Of a stretch of 64,000 nucleotides of DNA, positions 14,452 to 24,321 are shown piece after piece. Below the pieces are notes generated by a model. That model did no database searches, was not told where the DNA came from, and was given only the letters and a program-made list of their open reading frames with translations. Position numbers and translations under genes: made by a program. The stretch is from assembly GCF_009914755.1 (NCBI RefSeq), contig NC_060930.1. The stretch is one strand, 5' to 3'. Positions within the stretch are counted from its first letter, which is position 1; every line of letters starts with the position of its first letter. Source of the DNA: the human T2T-CHM13v2.0 reference genome, Homo sapiens.

Positions 14452-15222
14452 CACCAAAAAAACAAAAACAAAAACAAAAAAACAACCCAAACAACTGGAT
14501 TCAAAATGGGCAAAGGACTTCAATAGGCATTTCTCCAAAGAAGACGGACAAATGACCAAGAAGCATAAAAAAAGATGCTCAGCATCACTAATCATCAGGG
14601 AAATGAAAATCAAATTTACAGTCAGATACCACCTTACACCCATCAGGACGGCTACTGTCAAAAAACAGAAAATAAGTGTTGGCAAGGATGCAGAGAAGTT
14701 GGCACTCTTGTGCACTGTTGGTGGCAACGTAAAACAGTGCTGCCACTGTGGGAAGTAGTATGGCAGGTTCTCAGAAAAAAAATTATAGAATTACCATATG
14801 ATCCAGTAATTCCACTTCTGAGTATACACCCAAAAGAACTGAAAGCAGGGTCTCAAAGAAATAGTACACCCAAATTTATGGCAGCATTATTCCCAATAGC
14901 TAAAACATAGAAGAAAACCATGTGTCTATCAACAGATGAATGGGTTAGCAAAATGATGTATGCCCATAAATGGAATATAAGTCAGCCTTAAAAAGGAAGG
15001 AAATTCTGACACATGCTACAACATGGATGAACCATGAGTACCTTAGGCTAAGTGAAATAAGCCAGATGCAAAAGGACAATACTGTATGATTCCACTTATA
15101 TGAGGTACCTACAATAGGCAAATTCATAGAGACAGAAAGCAGAATATTGGTTGTCAGGAGTTAGGGGTAGGGAGGAATGAGGAGTTTGAATTTAATAGGT
15201 ATAAAGTTTCCATTTTGTAAAG
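14452..15222 (+). mobile_element. L1MB-type 3' fragment
   Basis: ORF2 C-terminal remnant ([10 protein letters not shown]; IELPYDPVIPLL) and 3' UTR. Confidence 0.85.
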
Positions 15223-15299
15223 ACACACAAGGCTGGCAGGAGTCGACCCTGGTATGATCTTTCTGGAGGGTTGTGTGGGATTATGTATGAAGAGCCTTA

Positions 15300-15780
15300 T
15301 ACTGTGTCTGTACATGCCCTCTGTGCCCTCCCACACAACAATTCCGCTTTTTGGCCTTTCACCCTTAGAAACAATCATAGATGTCCACAAGGTGTATCTG
15401 TAAGGATGAACATCTGTTTATAATATCAAATGATCAGAAACAAATGTATAAAAGTGGGGCATAGTAAAATAAAGTATTACACTACCTATCTATATACAAT
15501 TAACGTAAAAAATTTTTCAAAGAATATTTAGTAGCCTGAGAAAAAGTTCTCAGTATATTGCTAATGTTAAAAAAGCAGATTATAGAACAATCAGTTCAAA
15601 ATACATACATTTTTACTAAAAAATTATATACACGTACATATGTAAAGAGAGGAAGAGTTACAATACCGGTGATTTTAGATTCATCTTTCTATTTTTCTTT
15701 ATTTTCCACATTTCTATGCTATATATGTATTATTTATGTGATCAGAAGCAAAAATACTTTATAAATATTTTTAAGTTAAA
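15300..15780 (+). mobile_element. Very old L1 (L1ME-like) 3' fragment
   Basis: Degenerate L1ME 3' UTR motifs. Confidence 0.5.
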
Positions 15781-16089
15781 TCAGTCTTCTCAATTTTTTA
15801 TTAAAGAACACTGAACCTAGGTGAGGTTCAAATTTTTCCTTCACAAGTGTCACCAAAAAGGGGTGCAAAAAATGCCACATTTTTATTGTTGTAAGTCAGA
15901 ATTTACTGTAAAAAAATCAGATTGTAAGAGAGGGTTTAAAAATGTTTAAAAGAATAAATTTCACAATCACTTCAGAAGTACCTATTTGCATGCAAGTCAA
16001 TAGTATGCTAATTTCCAATCATTCCCTCTTATTCATTAAAACCAGTCACCCAAGGCTCTCCCCAACCTGATAATTCAGGGTGAGGGTGG

Positions 16090-16333
16090 GAAGAGGGAGA
16101 GAGGGAGGAAGGAAGGAAGGAAGGAAGGAAGGAAGGAAGGAAGCAGGGAGGGAGGGAGGGAAGGAAGGAAGCAGGGAGGGAGGGAGGGAAGGAAGGAAGC
16201 AGGGAGGGAGGGAGGGAAGGAAGGAAGCAGGGAGGGAGGGAGGGAAGGAAGGAAGGAAAGAAGGAAGGAAGCAGGGAGGGAGGGAGGGAGGGAAGGAAGG
16301 AAGCAGGGAGGGAGGGAGGGAGGGCGGGCGGGC
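16090..16333. repeat. Polypurine (GGAA)n/(GGGA)n repeat with a 28-bp higher-order unit
   Basis: (GGAA)9 at 16107-16142, then GCAGGGAGGGAGGGAGGGAAGGAAGGAA-type units starting at 16143, 16171, 16199, 16227, 16271 and 16303. Confidence 0.95.
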
Positions 16334-16635
16334 CTCTGGCACTGGGAAATAAGAGCTACACTGACTCTCATGTCAATTCTCCAGTTGGGCCTGCCATTCG
16401 GATTCTCATTCTCCCCTGTTCACCCAAGAACGTCCATGCTTTAACTTTTAGGCTCTAAACTGACCTGTTTGCATTAGTGCTCCATGTGGACTTCTGCTGG
16501 AAATCTGTATTTTTTTATTTGTCATAATATTAATGCGGTTTGGATTTGCGTGCAGCATTATGGAAAACTTTGCCAAACAATAACTGAGATGGCAGCTCTG
16601 GGATCCCTGAGAGAGGGACACAGTAAGAAGAGAAC

Positions 16636-16930
16636 AGACGCCCGGCTGTGCCGGCCTGGCCAGTGGTTTCCGGGGCGCACTGGGGCTTGCGGGGTCCCCG
16701 GAGCACCGCCTGAAACGCACCAAAGATCCCCACTCTCCTCGCCCCTTAAGAAAATCAGGACAAACCAGCTGCCACTCAGGCAGAGAACTCAGGAAGGCCC
16801 AAGGAGACCAAGACGCGGCACGGCTGCAGGAGAAAGCTCAGCCTTGTGCAGTCCAGAAATCCTGCCTTGAAGCTCACAGGGGCCCAACCCAGCTGCCCCA
16901 GAAACACGGAGACGCTCTAGAGCCGCATGG
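16636..16930. promoter_or_regulatory. Small CpG-dense unique segment, candidate enhancer/promoter
   Basis: About 9 CpG in 16638-16720 against a CpG-depleted background; no repeat recognised. Confidence 0.35.
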
Positions 16931-17180
16931 AACCTCAGCACAAGAACTTCAAAAAGGACAAACCCAGGTGACCCTTGAGCCCGTACTCAAGGCCAGGCAT
17001 GCGTACCACATTCTGTGAGGGCAAACAATCAGGAAAGGCTACTCAGGGAGGAAAAGCCATCGAGAAGAGCCGTGTTGACTCAGCCAGGAAGCATGAATGT
17101 GGCATTTCTCAAAGGACAATCAGCTTGGTTCTCCCGATTTCATAAAGTGCAGAGGGAGAGGCCGTGGGCTCAGGTTGGTT

Positions 17181-17521
17181 CCACCATCTGGGGCTCCAGC
17201 ATGTGGGACTCCACCACCTGGGGCTCCACCCACCTGGGGCTCCACCCACTTGGGGCTCCACCCACCTGGGGATCTACCCATCTGGAATCCCCCACCTGGG
17301 GCTCCACCCACCTGGAGCTCCACCCACCTGGGGGCTCCATCACCTGGGGATCCACCCACCTGGGGCTGTGTCCACCCTGTGGGACTCCACCCACATGAGC
17401 CTTCACCACCACTCCACTTAACTGGGGCTCCATCAGGTGGGACTGCATCTACCTAGGGTTCCTGGCTTCCCTTATCTGGGGCTTTTCCTGGCTCCAGTCA
17501 CCTAGGGCTCCACCTAACTGG
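17181..17521. repeat. Degenerate 15-16 bp minisatellite, consensus CCACCCACCTGGGGCT
   Basis: About 20 units, most homogeneous at 17211-17365. Confidence 0.9.
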
Positions 17522-17757
17522 ACAGCACTTCTTCTCAAGCACCCAAGGGTCTCCTGGGTGTCCTGGCCAAGGTGCCATCTGCAGGGAATCTTTGAAAGAC
17601 ACCGTTCTAACCACCCCCTGCACCCCACATCCTCCTCAACACCCTCAGGAAAGTACCTGTTCTTAGAATGGTGTGCCAGGCCCTTTTGTTACCCCACACG
17701 CCTACCAGGCAGGACTTTGGCAGCCCTAGGTAGACCTTGCAGCTGGTTTTTCCCACC

Positions 17758-17919
17758 TCTGCACGTGTGGTACCCACCGCCTGGGGTGCCCATCTCGCTT
17801 GTATCCGCATGACAAACTTCTATTCCGGCTGGAACACCAGCCCAAAAATCACCTCCTCCAAACTCCTCATCTTACTCCAGCTTGGCTGCACCAACTCTGA
17901 CTTTGTCACATAAGACAAA
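17758..17919 (+). repeat. 162-bp dispersed direct duplication, copy 1
   Basis: Aligns to 19168-19330 at ~87% by eye. Confidence 0.9.
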
Positions 17920-17959
17920 GAAGGTAAATATCTCTTTCACCTACCTCTTTGAACTACAA

Positions 17960-18110
17960 ATCAAAAAGATCTGAGTTTGAATTCTGGCTCTTTTACCTAT
18001 CAGCTGGGTGGTCTTGGGTGCATCAACCTTGCAAAGCCTCATGCTACTCACCTGTCAAATATGAATAGTAGAGTCCACTCCACAGAACACTTTGAGAGAT
18101 TGAAATAATC
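17960..18110 (+). mobile_element. MIR fragment
   Basis: ctgagtttgaattctggctct...gcctcatgctactcacctgtcaaat core-like sequence. Confidence 0.65.
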
Positions 18111-18716
18111 ACACTGCCTTCACCCTCCCCCAAACAGTAAGACCCTCAGAAGCATCTTATTCATGTTATCCCCAGGAGTTTGCAGGGCCTTTACCACTGG
18201 AGGAGCTCCCAAACTATCTTGTGAATGAATGATACTGGTGACTCAAGAGAGAGCCAGTTTATAGAATTTTCCCTAACAGGCCAGAGTCATGGCATAGCTC
18301 TGCCGTGGGTTTACAGGGTGGTTCTTTACTCAGATCCACATAATAATGCCTGAGGAGGTTTAGAAAGATTCTGCTGCTCCCACTCAAAGAGACTACTTCT
18401 GGGAGAGATGCAGAGCTGGGGAGGGAGCTTTGTTGATAGCCCTCCAGGGACTGCAAGGTGCATAATGGTGGGTTTACCGATGTTTCCCTCCTCTCCTCCC
18501 TCCCAGCCCCTCTCCAGCTTTGCCTCTCCTCCTTCCTCTTCCTGGGCTGTCACAGATAACAAGCAGCCACCTTCCAGGGACAGCCAGAGGTAAGGCAAGG
18601 ATCAGCAGGAAGTGGGAGGAGGAATGAATGAGCTTTGAACACAAAGCACAGTGGCTCAGGGTGACATGTGGCTCACCTCAGTTGCAGGGACTAAAGGATG
18701 CACTTGTCCATAAAAC

Positions 18717-18814
18717 ATCCTGCAAATGTATCCTGCAAATGTATCCTGCAAATGTATCCTGCAAATGTATCCTGCAAATGTATCTTGCAAATGTATCCTG
18801 CAAATGTATCCTGC
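18717..18814. repeat. 13-bp VNTR (ATCCTGCAAATGT) x7.5
   Basis: Seven full units (one C>T variant in unit 6) plus a partial unit. Confidence 0.97.
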
Positions 18815-19167
18815 CACTCGTGGATTTTGGCAACTGCATGCGTGGATTCCTGCAAAGTCAATGAACACAACAGTGTAGCCCGGGATCCTTTTCAGGCAAT
18901 GCCCTGCGGACCAGTACAAGTATGGAAACTGTGCAGGTGGTGGTGGGCCAGTCAGCTAAGCACGTTCCCAGTCCCCAAAAGGTCAGCTTTGCCCTCCCAA
19001 GCTGGAAGGCAGCAGTGAAGGCATCCCAAACAGTCACTTCAAGACTCAACCCTGGCTCAGTTTACCTCAGCCACTGTGATTCCTGCTTCCTTCTGCAAAA
19101 ATCTCAGCAGGGAATGTTCTCTGCCACTTGCACTTGGGCTGGAGAGAGACTAGGGTCAGTCGATCAG

Positions 19168-19330
19168 TCTGCATGTGTGGTACCCACTGCCCAGCGTTGC
19201 TCACCTCTCTTGTATCTGCCTGACAAACTTCTATTCCAGCTTGAACACCAGCTCAAAAGTCACCTCCTCCAAACTCCTCAGCCTACTCCAGCTTGGCTGC
19301 ACCAACTCTGCCTTCGTCACATGAGACAAA
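19168..19330 (+). repeat. 162-bp dispersed direct duplication, copy 2
   Basis: Aligns to 17758-17919. Confidence 0.9.
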
Positions 19331-21017
19331 ACCCAAGAACAAAACCACAGAAATTGGCTCACATATTCCTCTTCTCTCAGACTTTGGGCACAAAGTGCCA
19401 GCCACCTACTCCCAAGAAGCTGCTGAGGATTTTTAAAATGCAAATGCCAGGTAGGGGATAGGACTTAAGAGTTTATTCTGAGAGAGGTGGAGTAAGTGCC
19501 TTACCCCGGTCGCTAGTAAATGGCAGTCCTGGTGACACGTAGCCATTTCCCCCATTCCTCCTCCCTCTTTTCTTCTCGGCTTAGACTCACCCTAAGGTGA
19601 GGCAAATTGCTGCTGCCCCTCGGCTCCCTCTGCCACTCCATTCCTGGGAAATGGCTGCCACCACGGCTCCACACCCTACCTCTCCTCTGGGAGGGAAGGA
19701 TTAGCAGGATCAATGACCTCTGGCTCCAAGAGGGTGATCACCCATCTTGAGACTTTCAGTTCTAGGGACACAAGCATGGCCTTCATCCACCTCTCATGAC
19801 ATCACCCGGTGTTATATGGGTTTTTCTCCTATTGTTAGACCACAACTCGGCTCCCTGGATTCTCTGACAATGCCACAATTGGCAGCATCATTGGCTCTTA
19901 GCTACTGAAAACATAACAGAGACAAGTCTTGCAACAAAAAATCAATATGATGGATAATAGGCAGGAAAAGCAGCCCCCACAGAATAAGGGAAGGCCCCAG
20001 TAAGTCTAATTTTCATTGACCCAGTTTCATTGTCAAAGCACAGAACATAGCAAGACAGAGTGACCTCCACACCCAAAAAGCTTCAGACTATTCTGCAAAT
20101 GAAGCCACCACGGACCATCTCTCTCTTCCTCCACGAGCCCATGGATGTTAACCACCAATGAGTGAGTGACAAAGAGAATTCCCACCTTAGAAAGGAGCAG
20201 CTGAGTCTGCTAGTCATTTAAGACAGGTGATTTTCATACGTATAATGGGGGAAAAAAATCACTCCACCCCATTCTTATATAGGAATGTAATGGGATGGGG
20301 AAGGGGGCTCTAGGTGGTAAATGGAGCCAATCATGCTTGCATTTCACTTCCATGTATCACTGCACTGGCGGCATTAGCTCCCAGAAGCAGAAAGGAGTGT
20401 GAGGTGTGGATTGATTCTTTCTTACAGGACCACAGTCTCATGAGCAGTCAGCGCACATTGCCGAAATGTGGAAAGAATGTCGGATTGATTTCAAGAGTTT
20501 CGGGTTGACTAATACAGCCTCAAATTTCTTTATCTAGGCAGTGAGTGACGATGGCTGCACTAGCATCCTGGGGAGGAAATTAAAGCATTCGTCGAGGGCC
20601 TGACTCAGGAAAGGGTAGAGGAATGGATTATGTCAGCCACAGGAGACCAAGGTGAGAGCACGAGGGAAGGAGCAGGAAGTTCGACCCTTGAGTAGCATCC
20701 GGAAGCATGAGAAGTGGTGAAAAGCTTGAGCGATGAGTTTTTTAATATGATACTTCTGTGGAACAAAAATTGGTCTGTCTCCCCCAAACTTCAGCAAAGT
20801 CTGTTATCCACACAAAAGCTTTAGTGAGAGTTTTTTTTTTTTTCTACCTCAGAGCAAGGGGAGTTGTGAAAATGAGTAAAACGGCTGAACTCCCTCATCT
20901 GGGTCAAGGCGATGGGGAGCATGGGATGGCGCGATGTAGAAGTAAGGCCCCCTGTGAGCTGGGGAAGACATGGTCGGGAAAACCCATACCAAAGCCTTCC
21001 ATAAACCTCGAGGAAGA

Positions 21018-21302
21018 GTCGGGTGAGGTGGCTCACGCCTGTAGGAAGCCAAGGCAGGCGGATCACCTGAGGTCAAGAGTTCGAGACCAACCTGGCCAAC
21101 ATGATGAAACCCTATCTCTACAAAAATACAAAAATTAGCTGGGCGTGGTGGTGGGTGCCTGTAATCCCAGCTACGAGGGAAGCTGAGACAGGGAGAATCA
21201 CTTGAACCCAGAAGGCAGAGGTTGCAGTGAGCCAAGATTGTGCCACTACACTCCGGCCTGGGCAACAGAGCAAGACTCCATCTCAAAAAAAAAAAAAAAA
21301 AA
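21018..21302 (+). mobile_element. AluSx-like with small internal deletion
   Basis: TSD ctcgaggaaga at 21007 and 21304; lacks atcccagcactttg. Confidence 0.95.
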
Positions 21303-22179
21303 TCTCGAGGAAGACCTCTGATTCTCCATAATTGGAGAATCATAAGCCACAGGCCCATTTTGTTCCTAAGGGTCAGGGTAGCCCAGGTAACATCTGGGTT
21401 GTATACCTAACGTGAATTGAATTTGCATTGCAACTACATTAATACTTCTGATTTTTATACAAGGATAGAAAAGAAAAACACAGCTATTAATGTGTCCTAT
21501 CTGTAGTGTTTATCAATGTACTAGCACCTTGGGAGCACCTGCAGTGTGCAGGGTTCCATTCTACAGGTGCTGCTGACCAAACTATCTAAGGTGAAGGTGC
21601 AGCTGCTGTCATTCCCAATCCATGCAGTGTGATGTGTGGCCCTACTATGAGTGACTTGTATGCAGTTTGCACCAGATGGGACTCACCACAAGAATTCAAC
21701 AGCACCCAATCTGGTCTATTCCCTGTTTAATAAAAGAAAGCCCATGACACATGCTTGGATGCCATGCCAATGTCCTGTTACTAGGAACATTACTCAACTC
21801 TTATTCTCTCTTGCTGTGTTCTCATTTCAGATCTTGCTTGCTGATGGACACTGATCTGCACACCAGCATGAATAACACTGCTCTAGGGCATACAAATAAG
21901 TACAAAATCCTTGCTCTCAGGGAGCTTACAAACTTTCCATTATACTAATACCCATTGAAATATGTTCACTCTAAGACAAGGCAATCATAAAATCTACTTA
22001 CAAGACAGAAATGATGAATTGCAAAGTGAATTCATAAATAACACAAATTAGGAGTTTAAGAAAGGAAGCCATTTGGAGAAACCAGAAGATTAGAAATGAA
22101 AGACAGAAAACTAGATTTCAGGTCTGTGGAGGGGAGAGACCTTGAGCTGAGTCTTGAAGGTTGTTTAAGATCAAGTTAC

Positions 22180-22325
22180 ATCTCACCACAAAAAGCATAA
22201 GTAGGTGAGATAATGCATACATTAGTTATCTCCATTTAGCCATGTGACAATATACACATATTTCAAAACAACATGTTGTACACAATAAATATATACAATT
22301 ATTTATCTGTCAATTTAAAAATACT
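22180..22325 (+). mobile_element. L1MA 3' terminal fragment
   Basis: tctcaccacaaaaagcataagtaggtgagataatgca...aataaatatataca. Confidence 0.8.
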
Positions 22326-22329
22326 AATG

Positions 22330-22636
22330 GGCTGGGCGCAGTGGCTCACGCCTGTAATCCCAACACTTTGGGAGGCCGAGGCAGGCGGATCACTTGAGGT
22401 CAGGAATATCTAGAGCAGCTCGGTCAACATGGTGAAACTCCATCTCTACTAAAAATGCAAAAAAAAAAAAAAAAAAAAAAATCCAGGCATGGTCGCTGGC
22501 ACCTGTAATCCCAGCTACTAGGGAGGCTGAGGCAGGAGAATCACTTGAACCTGGGAGGCGGAGGTATCAGTGAGCCCCGACTGCAACATTGCACTCCAGC
22601 TTAGGCAACGGAGTGAGACTCAAAAAAAAAAAAAAA
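22330..22636 (+). mobile_element. AluSx-like
   Basis: Full dimer with polyA tail. Confidence 0.95.
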
Positions 22637-23216
22637 TTAATGACCCTAAAACCTTATGAAAAAAACAAAACCCAAAAAGGATCAGGATAGTTCCAGAGAA
22701 ATCAGAAGCATATGAACAAAGGTCCAAACTTTCTGTGTGAACTGAAGAGAGAGTAAGCAGACCTGTTTGGCAGGGATGGAGAGCTGGTTCAGAAAAGTAA
22801 TGGGAAACACAGGTTAGGGTAAGGAGGTAGAAGACATTGAACGCCAGAAATACAGAGCATAGATGTCATCCTGTACATCATAGATCACAGAGAGAAATAG
22901 GGGGACAGCATTTCATGATGACTTATTTAGCCCATACATTATCCAGTAAACACTGTGAGGCACAAGAGACTGTGTGAGATGCTGAAGGAGGTGAAGGATG
23001 CACGAAAGGGCAGGGAAGTGAGTTCGGGGGCTGTAGCCCAAGGTTGAGGAATGACCGTCGTGCCTGAACTAGGGCAGTCATGGATAAGGAAGAAATAGAA
23101 CAAATCATAGAAGTGATTCCAAGAAAAAAAAGAGGAAGGGTATATTTAATGACTATTTGCATTGTAAATGAGGAAGGCCTTCTTCACACTATGCCTACCC
23201 AATTTGCCAAGCTCTC

Positions 23217-23595
23217 TGTGTTAGTCCAAGTTCTCTACAGGGACAGAACTAATAGGATAGATATATATATAAAGGGGAGTTTATTAAGGAGTATTAACTC
23301 ACACGATCACAAGGTCCCATGATAGGCCACCTGCAAGCTGAGGAGCAAGGAAGCCAGTCCGAGTCCCAAAGCTGAAGAACTTGGAGTCCAATGTTTGATC
23401 TTCTGCCTGCTTTTTATTCTGGCCACACTGGCAGCTGATTAGATGGTGCCCACCCAGATTAAGGGTGAGTCTGGCTTTCCCAGTCCACTGACTCAAATGT
23501 TAATCTCTTTTGGCAACACCCTCACAGACACACCCAGGAACGATATTTTGCATCCTTCAATCCAATCAAGTTGACACTCAGTATTAACCATCACA
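23217..23595 (-). mobile_element. MLT2A (HERV-L) solo LTR
   Basis: Reverse complement begins TGTGATGGTTAATACTGAGTGTCAAC; 5-bp TSD ctctc on both sides. Confidence 0.92.
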
Positions 23596-24321
23596 CTCTC
23601 CATCACCCTTCAAGATTCAGCTCAACAATCCCCCTTCTGCAAAACCTCCCTCAAGAGGGATTACTGACTTTCTCCACAGCACATCTCTTCCCAACCAACT
23701 TTGAACTTCTCACTAAAAAAAGGATGAATGAAAAGTGGAGAGAGGAGTTGCAGATGACTCTGAAGATTTCAAGAAAAGGTAACCTGGAAAATAGTAACAT
23801 GCAGTGCCGTTTCTGGGCAAGGTCCCTACCAGAACCTCTTCCTGGGAATTATGCTGGCAAACAGCCTCTTGGGCCCTTATTCTTAGTAAATGCTAGTTGC
23901 CACTATAGTAAAGCATATATAAAATGCTAGGTTCACATCAAATAATAAAAATACACACCTATATACACACTTAACCTCTATTTGTATATAAATAATCCTA
24001 TTGTATTTGGTCTGCTGTGATGCTTGCCCACTTCACAGTTGACATCATTGGATAAATACTAGGAAAAAGGAATAGCAAGTGCAGTAGCTAAAAAGTTTCA
24101 CAATCATAGTAACTCCCCAACTCCTCCTGGGTCTGCAGCAGTCAGGAAGAAACTGTGAGGCACCATCAACTTGTAAGGTTTCCCTTACAAAGTGTATTCA
24201 GTCAAGGACACTGTGTGTGTGTGTCAAGATGCTGTAGGTGCTAAGAGGAAGAAGAAAACTAGACACATAAATCATGACAACATGGCTGCCAAAAGGTCAA
24301 CTTTCTTGTAGAGCATACTTT

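Noticed and set aside
17015-17456. Overlapping Pro/Gly-rich ORFs
   Set aside because: Translations of the 16-bp minisatellite.
18717-18814. CRISPR-like regular repeat
   Set aside because: No spacers; a simple tandem repeat in human DNA.
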